Shown one piece after another: positions 25,030-35,500 of a stretch of DNA of 64,000 bases. The position numbers and the translations under genes are program-made. Source of the stretch: Raja brachyura (Eukaryota). Position 1 is the stretch's first letter. The number at the start of each line of letters is the position of its first letter. Location: contig OY740804.1 in the NCBI GenBank assembly GCA_963514005.1, positions 4,898,001 to 4,962,000 on the forward strand, given 5' to 3'. The notes under the pieces are model-generated. The model was given only the letters and a program-made list of their open reading frames with translations. It was not told the DNA's origin and searched no databases.

Positions 25030-26132
25030 AGACAAAGTTCAGGCCCGTTGGGTCTGTTCCCCCTACGTGCGGTTGCGGGGGGGAGGGGGGGCGGTATGCG
25101 GCGTCACGCACATTAACCACCCCCACACATACACTAACTCTCCCCCCCCCCCACACACACACTACCTACCTCCCCTTGTTAATATATTAATATTATTAAT
25201 TTGCTCCTTTTACCCCATAACCGCCCTATCCACTGACGCATAGCCCCCAACTCGCAGGCGTGTCTAGAGGGGGGGGGGGGTAGAGAGTGCGGACAGAGAG
25301 AGAAGGGGGGGGGGGACAGGGAGGAGGGGAGAGAGAGGGGGGGANNNNNNNNNNNNNNNNNNNNNNNNNNNNNNNNNNNNNNNNNNNNNNNNNNNNNNNN
25401 NNNNNNNNNNNNNNNNNNNNNNNNNNNNNNNNNNNNNNNNNNNNNNNNNNNNNNNNNNNNNNNNNNNNNNNNNNNNNNNNNNNNNNNNNNNNNNNNNNNN
25501 NNNNNNNNGAGAGGTGGGAGAGAGGGGGGCAAGATTTTTATCAAAGGACTTGCGAGCGGCGCGACTGGCAGTGCGTTGGGTTTGCAGTGGGAGGGAGGGA
25601 GGGGCGCGACTTGACTCGCTGCGCTGAGTTTCCTAGACGGAGTAATGGCCGGCAGGGCCGCCTTCTCATCGCGTGCCCTGCGCGACGATAACGGACGCCA
25701 TGTTCTACCATCGGGCGGGGGATACAGAAAGGATTCAGAAGCAAGCTGGTGACCGGCTATGACCTCACGATCTGCAGAACGCTCGTTCTTTCTGTGCGGG
25801 TGGGGGAGTCCAGCTGCGGGATGCGTGCCGCGTACTTGGGCTGGGCGCGGGCAGCGGGGGGGGCGGGGCCAGGAGGCAGGTGGGCCCTGATTGGTGGGCA
25901 TGTGAGCATTACGACGTCAATAGCTCAAGCGGCGATTTTATTTTTTTAAATCTGAGGAAATAATTGACCAAGGAGTGGATTTCTGAACTCCCCACCGAAA
26001 TTGTAAAAATCTCCGCGTTTTTGCTTCTGGTTTTCGAGGAGATACGTTTGAAAGGCAAAATGCCGTACACACACACACACAGAGTTTTTAAAGTATATGG
26101 ATAGATATATTTTAAACAAAACATATATATAT
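25030..26132 (+). mobile_element. Unclassified repeat, possibly Helentron/HINE-like
   Basis: GC-rich body with purine tracts, ending TTTTCGAGGAGAT...(AC)n...TATATGGATAGAT. Interrupted by a gap. Confidence 0.3.
25345..25508. other. Assembly gap
   Basis: Run of N. Confidence 0.99.
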
Positions 26133-26291
26133 NNNNNNNNNNNNNNNNNNNNNNNNNNNNNNNNNNNNNNNNNNNNNNNNNNNNNNNNNNNNNNNNNNNN
26201 NNNNNNNNNNNNNNNNNNNNNNNNNNNNNNNNNNNNNNNNNNNNNNNNNNNNNNNNNNNNNNNNNNNNNNNNNNNNNNNNNNNNNNNNNNN
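26133..26291. other. Assembly gap
   Basis: Run of N. Confidence 0.99.
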
Positions 26292-26924
26292 CAGTGAGAA
26301 CTGAAGTGCAGTAACTAGATCTATAACCAATTATAGGGGTGCGTTTGCGCTTTGATGTTACTTCAACTAGCGCGGGAGTGCGGCGACATTTCGGGTGATG
26401 GTCCAAGGAGGGACGACTAATTTAGGCAACTAAAGAACAGCGTTCGCTCCACCCACTCCCCCCTCCCCCCCCCCCATCTTCCCTGTGCCCCCACCCCACC
26501 ACCCTGCACTCCCAACTGGATACATAGAAACATAGGCGCAGGAGTAGGCCATTTGGCCCTTCGAGCCAGCACCGCCATTCAATATGATCATGGCAGATCA
26601 TCTAAAATCAGTATCCCCGTTCCAGCTTTTCCCCCCATATCCCTTGATTCCGTTAGCCTTTCGAGCTCTTGAAAACAACCACTGCCTTCTGTGACAGAGA
26701 ATTCCACAGATTCACAACTCTCTGGGTCAAAAAGTTTTTCCTGATCTCAGACCTAAACGGTCTAACGATGCATATCGGTTTCTCCCAGTAAGTACTTAAC
26801 ACAGTGTTTGCTGGCCCACCAACTCTTCCCCTAACCAACGATGGGCCGAATGGTCAAACCTGTGTCTGGTACCCTTGAGCTGTCATTGACACTCTTCCAC
26901 TCCGTCCATGTTGACCATTTGTTT

Positions 26925-27222
26925 GGGCAGTCACGATGGCGCAGCGGTAGAGTTGCTGAATTACAGCGAATGCAGCGCCAGAGACCCGGGTTTGATCCCG
27001 ATTACAGGTGCTGTCTGTACGGAGTTTGTACGTTCTCCCCGTGACCTGCGTGGGTTTTCTCACAGATCTTCGGTTTCCTCCCACATTCCAAAGACGTACA
27101 AGTTTGTAGGTTAATTGGCTTGGTAAATGTAAAAATTGTCCATAGTGGGTGTAGGATGGTGTTAATGTGCGGGGATCGCTGGTTGGCATGGACACAGTGG
27201 GCCGAAGGGCCTGTTTCGTGCT
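26925..27222 (+). mobile_element. tRNA-derived HE1/V-SINE-like SINE (representative). Further approximate copies at 8500-8750, 10915-11215, 12910-13160, 30620-30850, 42672-42950, 45090-45310, 46395-46657, 51364-51650, 53045-53245, 54420-54695, 58230-58475, 59430-59750
   Basis: A-box TGGCGCAGCGG, B-box-like GGTTyGATCC, conserved core GGTTTCCTCCCACA.TCCAAAGACGT, CR1-like tail GGGCCGAAGGGCCTGTTTC. Confidence 0.85.
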
Positions 27223-29750
27223 GGGTGGAAGAAAGCAAGCGGCGGAGACAGTGGGCTGTGGGAGAGTTGGGAAGGGGAGGGGAAAGAGGGAGATAGCGGG
27301 GACTACCTGATATTGGAGAAGTCAATGTTCATATTGCTGAGGTGTAAACCGCCCAAATGGAGGTGGGCTCCTCCAACCTTCGGAGATGTCATCATTCTTT
27401 TGGGAACGGGGGTTCCCCTATTCTACTATAGATGAGGCTCACGCCAGGGTCTCTTCTATATGTAACTCTGCCCTCACTCCCCATCCCCTCACTCATAACA
27501 AGGGCAGAGTCCCCCTTGTCCTCACCTTCCACCCGACCAGCCGTCACATACACCATATAATCCTCCGACATTTTCACCACCTCCAATGGGATCCCACCAC
27601 CGGCCACATCTTCCCATCTCCTCCCCTTTCGGTTTTCCACAGAGACCATTCCATCCATAACTCCCTGGTCAATTCGTCCCTTCCCAACCAAACCACCCCC
27701 TCCTTTGGTACTTTCCCTTGCAACTGCAGGAAATTCTACACTTGTCGCTTTATCTCCCCACTTGACTCCATCCAAGGACCTAAGCAGTCTTTCCAGATGC
27801 AGCAGAGGTTCACCTGCACTTCCTCCAATCTCATCCATTGCATCCGCTGCTCTCTGTGTCAGCTGCTCTACGTTGGCGAGACCAAGCGCAGGCTTGGCGA
27901 TCGCTTCACCCAACACCTCTGCTCGGTTCGCAATAACCAACCTGATCTCCCGGTGGATCAGCACTTCAACTCCCCCTCTCATTACGAATCTGATCTTTCT
28001 TTCCGGGGCCTCCTCCATGGCCAGAGTGAGGCCCACCGTAAATTGGAGAAGCAGCACCTCATATTTTGCTTGGGTGGTTTACACCCCAGCGGTATGAACA
28101 TTGACCTCCAATTTCATGTAGTCCCTGCTTTCTCCCTCCTTCCCCTCCCCTCCCAGCTCTCCCACAGTCCACTGTCTCCTCCTCTACCTTTCATGTTCCC
28201 GTCCCCCCGCCCCCACATCAGTGTGAAGCAAAGATTATAGAGGAGCAAGATGCGCCACTCAGTGGAAATCCAATGGACTGGTGTGTAGTACGTAACGGAA
28301 CGTCACAGCCGCCATTTTGGCAGACTGCCTCCCCCTGTGTAATTCGCTCCAAAGCTACAGAGCAGTTGCAAACAAAGATTATAGAGGAGCAAGATGCATT
28401 AGAAAGTTATTAGATTTATTTGTAATAGATCTTTACTTACCTCTCGATCCCTCTCTCCCCTCTCTTCTCGCTATCCCTCTCTCTCCCCTCTCTTCTCTCG
28501 ATCCCTCCCTCGCCCTCTCTTCTCTCGATCTTTCTTTCCCTCTCTCGATCTCTCTCTCCCTTTCTTCCCTCTCTCCCCTCTCTTCTCTCGATCTCTCTCT
28601 CCCCTCTCTATCTTTCTCTCCCTCTCTTTTCTCGATCTCCCTCTCCCCTCTCTTTTCTCTCTCTCTCTCTCTCTTCTCTCTCCCTCTCTCCCCCCTCTCT
28701 TCTCTCGATCCCTCTCTCCTCTCAATCCCTCTCTCCCCTCTCGATCCCTCTCTCTCCCCTCTCGATCCCTCTCTCTCCCCTCTTCTCTCGATCTCTCTCT
28801 CCCCTATCTTCTCTCGATCTCTCTCCCCTCTCGATCTCCCTCCCTCCCCTCTTCCCCTCCCTCCTTCCCTCTCTCTCCCTCCCTTCCCTCTCCCCCTCCC
28901 TTTTCCCCCTGTTCCCCCATTTCCCTCGCATCTTTCCTCCCCAGCCCCCACCTTTGCGTAGTTTTCCTTGCATTGTATTGTGCAGCTTCCCTTGTATTGC
29001 TTTAACACACACTGTGCACAAAATTACAGGCACACACAAACACACATTAATATAAATATATGGTGGGACAGATAGAAGAGATTATTAACATCTTCTTACA
29101 AAGACCATTATGTAATTTATTTCTATCCTCTTTTGGGCCTAAGGCATAGCAGGGCTGTCAACTCTCACACAGAGGGAAGGGAGGGAGAGAGGGAAATCGA
29201 GAAGAGAGGGGAGAGAGATAGATCGAGAGGGGAGAGAGAGCGATCAAGAGGGGAGAGAGAGCGATAGAGAGAAGAGAGGGTGATTGAGAGAAGAGAGGGA
29301 GATAGCGAGAAGAGAGGGAGATAGCGAGAAGAGAGGGGATAGAGAGGGATCGAGAGGTAAGTAAAGATCTATTACAAATAAATCTAATAACTTTCTAATG
29401 CATCTTGCTCCTCTATAATCTTTGCTTGCAACTGCTCTGTAGCTTTGGAGCGGATTACACAGTGGGAGATCGAGGGACAAAGATTATAGAGAAGCCTAGT
29501 TTCCCAATGATGTAGATGCCATAGTCGACGCGATGTCTGGTCCGCTAATATGGCGTCGACAATCACACATGTGATACTACGCCTTTTCCACTGAGTGGCG
29601 CATCTTGCTCCTCTATAATCTTTGGTGTGAAGAAGGGTCTCGACCCGAAACATCGCCTATTTCCTTCAATCCATGGATGCTGCCTCACCCGCTGAGTTTC
29701 TCCAGCATTTTTGTGTACCTTTGATTTTCCAGCATCTGTAGTTCCTTCTT
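27223..29750 (+). mobile_element. Penelope-like element 3' half (GIY-YIG endonuclease) with an inverted upstream repeat
   Basis: ORF 27386..28240: VPLVLTFHP...FTCTSSNLIHCIRC...YVGETKRRLGDRF...HFN. 27223-27380 is an inverted copy of its 3' region. The pseudo-LTR resumes at 29625. Confidence 0.9.
28229..29624. mobile_element. Non-autonomous foldback DNA transposon (P-element/Galileo-like or hAT)
   Basis: Perfect 40-bp TIRs CAAAGATTATAGAGGAGCAAGATGCGCCACTCAGTGGAAA (28229-28268 and 29585-29624). 8-bp TSD GTGTGAAG (28221-28228 and 29625-29632). Internal inverted arms with CT/GA tandem repeats. Confidence 0.88.
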
Positions 29751-31734
29751 AAACTAAAACTGTACACTGGTGACTCCTCCTAGTACACCAGTATTTTGTG
29801 TGTGAGCGCTACTCATCTCCAAAATGACAATCGATTGTGATCGCTCTTCCCATAAATCCTATAGCGTATTGCTTTGCTTACAGTGCACCTGAATCTGAGA
29901 GGAAAATGTAGAGGACAAATCTACTTATCACAGTGTTTGCTGGCCCACCCTGTCTTGCCCAAACCAACGATGGGCCGAATGATCCAACCTGTGACTGGAC
30001 ATTCACTTACCCTTGAGCCAAACACAAAGGCCCGGTGTAACTCAGCGACTTTGGAGGCCTTGCGTGAACGCTGGTCGCCGCGGGAGGTCGAATGTAATAC
30101 TGATGAAGATGACGTTATTTTAAAATTGATGGCTGTTATTTTGTAAAATGCCACAAGGGCAGTTTTAATCGTGTTACTTTTTTTTGTAGTTTTGTTTTGT
30201 TTCTGAAGTATTTGTATTTTTTAAAAAAAAGTGTAACTCAGCAGATCAGGCAGCGTCTGTGGAGGGAATGGGCAGGTGACATTTTGGGTCAAGAACTTTA
30301 TCCAGGGAAACTTTAGTAGGAAGGGGAAAGCTGGCAGAGAGGGGTGGTGGTGGGGTGGTGAGGGGGGGGGGGGCGTGGGGGAGGGGAAGCCTCCTTGGTC
30401 ATCCACCAATTTGATCTCCCTCTCCATACATGGCCCTTTTCAGCCCTCGTTCCGCAATGATTTTAGTCTGAAGTGCAGTCATTGCCATTGTTGGACCAGT
30501 CATGTCTGTACTCTCCCCACCCAGGTGAGTAAATTCTAGGGTTACTTTCCACTCCAGAGATCTAGGATGAATCCGTGGGTCACCCTCCACTGCTTTGAAG
30601 AACTGACTTTACACTTCACTTTCAAGATACAGCGTGGAAACAGGATCTTCTGTCCACCAAGTCCACACTAACTAGTGATCTCCGTACACTAGCACTATCC
30701 CACTACACATACTAAGGCCAATGTACATTTTTAGCAAAGTCAATTAACCTACAAACCTGCACGTCTTTGGAGTGTGGGAGGAAATCGGAGCACGCGGGGA
30801 ACATGGTCACAGGGAGAACGTACGAACTCCGTTCAGACAGCACCTGTAGTCTTGGATAGAGACTACAGTGCATTGAGACAGCATATGTAAGAAAGGCCTA
30901 TGACAGTGTCAAAAATATTATACACCTTGCAGGGCTCTCACTTCATGTTTTTTCTCTATAGTCTTGGCAGCTTTTACGTTGCCAAATTACAGTTCAGGTG
31001 GTCGTTTAAGACGGCTTCTCCAGCATTTTTGTCAACCCATTCACACAACTTCTGTTATCCCACTTGCCTCACCCACTCCCTACACATTCAGGGCAATTTT
31101 ACAGAGACAAGTTATAATCTTTGGGATGTGGGAGGAAACCCACACGCTTGCAGGGAGAATGTGCAAATTCAACACAGGCATTGCCCGAGGACAGGATCAA
31201 ACACAGATCTCTGGCGTGTGAGGCAGCAAGTCTACCAGCTGTGCCACTATCTTTTGTTTTCCAACACACAAAAAATTATACGTTGATAACTTTTGTTACT
31301 AAAAAAAAGAAAATATCAATTTTCAGTTTTAAATCTCCAAGTGACGCTCTGTCCCCCTTTACAGCTACTGTATGTTTTAATTAAGTTCAAGACTATGGGG
31401 CAGTACATTGGCCATTAAGTTGCTGCCTAAAAGTGCCAGAGACCGGAATTGATCCTGAATATGGGTGCTGTCGGCATGGAGTTTGCTCCTTTTCCTGTTT
31501 GATCACATGGTTTTCTCCGGGTGCTCTTGCTTCCTTCCACATTCCAGAGGTGTGCAGGAACCTATTTCAGACTAAACCCAAAACGTAATATTTTCCGTTT
31601 GTCAAGAGATTCTGTCTGACCTATTGAGTTACTCCAGCTTTTTGTGTCTATCTTCAGTTTAAACCAGCATCTGCAGTTCCTTCCTACACACACGATGCTA
31701 TACGACAGAACTTTATTAATCCCAGTACGGAAAT

Positions 31735-31775
<41 letters not shown>

Positions 31776-32507
31776 CACACACACACATACACACACACAT
31801 ATAGTTATATATTCATATATAAATATACACCGTTCTGTTTTCTCGTTTATAACATTGTTTACAGAGTACTATGTTTACATATTCTGTTGTGCTGCTGCAA
31901 GTAAGGATTTCATTGGTCTAACTGGGACATAAGAGAATAAAACACTCTCGACTCTTGACTCACTCCGCTAATGTGTGGGATAGAACTAGTGTACGGGTGA
32001 TCGGTGGTCGGCGTGGACTCGGTGGGCCGAAGGGCCTGTTTCCACGCTGTATCGTTAAATTAAACTAAAAACACTAAAACCAGAGGGCGTCTAAAGAAGG
32101 GTCTCTACCCGAAACGTCACCCAATGTCTTCTATCCAGAGTTGCTGGCTGCTCCATGGAGTTCCCCCACACACAATTAAAGCATGGAATAGTCTTCACCC
32201 TACCATAGTTACCCAACCAGACGCAACTAAATATAAGGTACCTCTTTTATCCCCAGAACTCTTTTTTGCTTAAGTCCAAGTCAAGAATCAAGAGAGTTTT
32301 ATTGTCATGTGTCCCAGATAGGACAATGACATTCTTGCTTGCTGCAGCACAACAGAATATGTAAACATAATACAGAACAGGAGATAAAAGTTCAGTGTGT
32401 TTATATACCATAGACCATGTATATACAAAATAAATAAACTGATAAAATACAATAGGCTGGTATTGTTCAGCCCTCCACCATCTCCAGTTTAAATTCCATT
32501 TAGAATA

Positions 32508-35500
32508 TGTAAATAAGCAATTTACAAACTCTAAAAGTGTTCAACACATTTTAATGATAGCTCAAGGTATTACATACATCCTCAAATACTGGCTACATTC
32601 TTCTAGTGAACCGTATCCAGGAAGGGGAAGGCGTTATGATTGATGTTAACTAGGCGGGGTTAATGGTACTGAGGTAACTATGTTATTGGTTGCATGCAAA
32701 ACCATCTACATCCTTCCCCTTAGAAAATTTAAAAGAAACAGACCGTTGTCACTACAACAGAATTAAACAGAATTAAACAGAATCGCCATAACGAACAGGT
32801 GGCTTGCTGATCCGGCCCGAGCGCGTACGGATGCCTCCCCCTTCCCCCGGAGGAGCAGAAAAAACAGGGGGACCCGAGGCAGCAGGGGAACCAGGGAAGG
32901 GCGGTGGGGTTGGAGGAACAGGAGAGGGAGAACCGCGACCGCCAACAGGTGACCCGCGCAGAGGGGAACCGGGCGCTCGATATGGGGACCGAGGCATGCA
33001 GGGAACGCTGGCTGGGACAGGAGCCGGCTGCTGGTATGAGAGCGGCGGGGCATAGGGGCCCGGGGCCTGCGGCTTCGGCTCATTAACCGCAAGCAGGTGT
33101 TGTCGGCTTCTACGGTAGATGGTTCCCTCATAGTCGACCAGATACGAACGAGGTGAGTCGGCCACCCCAACCACAGTAGCCAGACGGGAGTGACCACTGG
33201 CGGTTTGCAATCGAACAACCTGTCCAGGCAACAGAGGATCGAGCGGTCTGCACGACCGATCGTGGGAACGCCGCTGGCTGTCATGTTTCTCTTGAATGCG
33301 CCTCTGCACAGAGGCAGGCTCCAGCACCCGAGGTTTCAGCTGGCGCTGGGCAATCGGGATGGTAGATCTGGTTGTTCTGGACATCAGACGCTGAGCAGGG
33401 GACCCCATGGCCGGATCTCTGGAAACATTCCTGAGGTTCAGGAGATCCAAATACAAATCAGAGTTAGACAGTCTCGCTTGTTCCATCAGAAGCTTGGCGC
33501 TGCGGACGGCCCGTTCAGCAAGGCCGTTGCTCTGTGGGTACTCCGGGCTGCTGGTGAAATGCACAAAATTCCATTTGTCAGCAAAACTTTTGAACTCACG
33601 GCTGGTAAACTGCCTGCCATTGTCAGTCTGCAGCCTGACAGGGGACCCAAACGTGGAGAAATGTTTCCGCAGCTTCCGGATCACCATCTCCGACGTGAGG
33701 GATGTCAGCAAATCCACCTCGAACCAGTTTGAGTACGAGTCGACCAGGACAAGGTAGTGGTTACCACGCCACTCGAAGATGTCGGCAGCCAGCGAGGACC
33801 AGGCCAAGGCAGGAGCGGGCTGTTGCAGCAGGGGCTGTCGCTGCTGATGTGGAGCAAGACTGTTGCACGTGGAGCAGGCAGAAACACGGTCTCGAATATA
33901 TTTGGCCATTCCAGGCCAGTAGAATTGGCACTGAGCGTGGGCGAGTGTTGCATCGACCCCGGGGTGTCCGCTGTGGGCTGCGCAGTAGTAAGAATCGAAC
34001 AGGGAGGACGGGACCACCACTTTATGTCCCTTAACGATAACGCCATTCTGGAGCACCAGTTCGTCACGGACCAGGAAGAAGGGCTGTGTTTCAGGCGGTG
34101 CAGGGGAGCGCTTTGTTGGCCACCCTGATTTAATCACAGACGCAAGCCGTTGCAAAACTGGATCGGCAGTGGTGTGCTCGGCCAAAAGCTGCAGCTGCTT
34201 GGTGGGAATAAAATTGACGCCCAGTACGAGCAAGTCCTCTGTTTCGTAGGGGTGGCGAGCACAGGAGGCCCGCGGGGCGCGCGATAACGTGTCCACGATG
34301 TGCATCTCGGTGCCTTTCTTGTAGACGATGTCGAAATCAAAGCGCTGGAGCTGCAGCATCATACGCTGCAGCCTGGCAGGGGCAGCATGAATCGGCTTGT
34401 TCAGGATTGTCACCAGTGGCTGGTGGTCGGTTTCGACTGTAAATCTGCTGCCAAACAGGAAGTCTCTGAACTTGGAGCAGGCAAACACCACCGCAAGCAG
34501 CTCCTTCTCGATCTGAGCGTACCGCTGCTCGGTGTCCGTCATGGTGCGGGAGGCATAGGAGACAGGATGTAACGATCCATCGACAGATTGGAGGCATGCC
34601 GCGCCCAGGCCGAACTTAGAAGCGTCACATGTGACGGTGATGGGGCGACTTGCATCAAAAAATCGCAACGTCGGAGTGTTAATCAGTTTCGACTTGAGAC
34701 AGTAAAACGCCTGCTGGTGCTGTGGGAGCCAGACCCAGGCGATATCCTTTTTTGTCAGCTGCCGCAGGGGAGCACTCAGCTCACTGAGATGTGGTACAAA
34801 CTTCCCAAGGTAGTTCACCATGCCCAAGAAACGTTGTAGACCTGGCACGTCGGTGGGGGCTGCCATCTCAGAGATGGCTGCTGCCTTCAAAGGGTAGGGT
34901 TTTAGTCCGTTAGAGGTGAAAACGTGTCCAACATACGTGACTTCTGAGACACGAAACCGGCACTTCTTTGGGTTCAGCTTCAGGTTGGCCTTTCGCGCCC
35001 GATCCAGGACGCGGCGGAGGTTCCGGTCATGTTCGGCAATGTCCTTTCCATAGACTAAGATGTCATCCACGATGATGGCACATGGCAGGCCCGAGAATAT
35101 CTGCTCCATCGTTCGCTGGAACACCTCACTAGCGGAATTGATGCCGAATGGCATTCGCAGGAATTTGAATCTGCCGAATGGTGTGGCGAAGGTTGTCAGG
35201 TCGGAAGATGCTTTGTCCAACGGGATCTGCCAGAACGAGTTCTTAGCGTCTAGGACCGAAAAGACGGTGGCTTGCCCGACCTGAGCCGCCACATCCTCAA
35301 CAGACCGCATGGGGTAGTGTGGTCGCCTGATGGCAAGGTTTAAGTCCTTGGGGTTGATACACACACGTATTTCATTCTTGTCTTTCTTTATCGTGGCAAC
35401 CATGGTGGAGACCCAATCGGTGGGCTCGCTGACCGCTTCTAGCACCCCCTTGTCGACCATGTTGTTAAGCATCGCCTCGACCCTGTCTTTCATGGCGTGG

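Larger units (their letters stand above)
26880..29888 (-). pseudogene. Pseudogene C: paralogous IgV exon, split and truncated
   Basis: 29888-29751 reads GAL*AKQYAIGFMGRAITIDCHFGDE*RSHTKYWCTRRSHQCTVLV after a ttcag acceptor (two in-frame stops). It resumes at 26924-26880 as TNGQHGRSGRVSMT, then is truncated. About 2.8 kb of nested TEs lie between. Confidence 0.88.

Noticed and set aside
25179-26406. ORFs containing X runs
   Set aside because: They span assembly gaps and low-complexity GC-rich repeat.
26930-27005. tRNA genes
   Set aside because: The A/B boxes belong to SINE heads. No cloverleaf is evident.
28317-29045. Long Leu/Ser/Pro- and Arg/Glu/Gly-rich ORFs
   Set aside because: Translations of CT/GA simple repeats within the foldback element.
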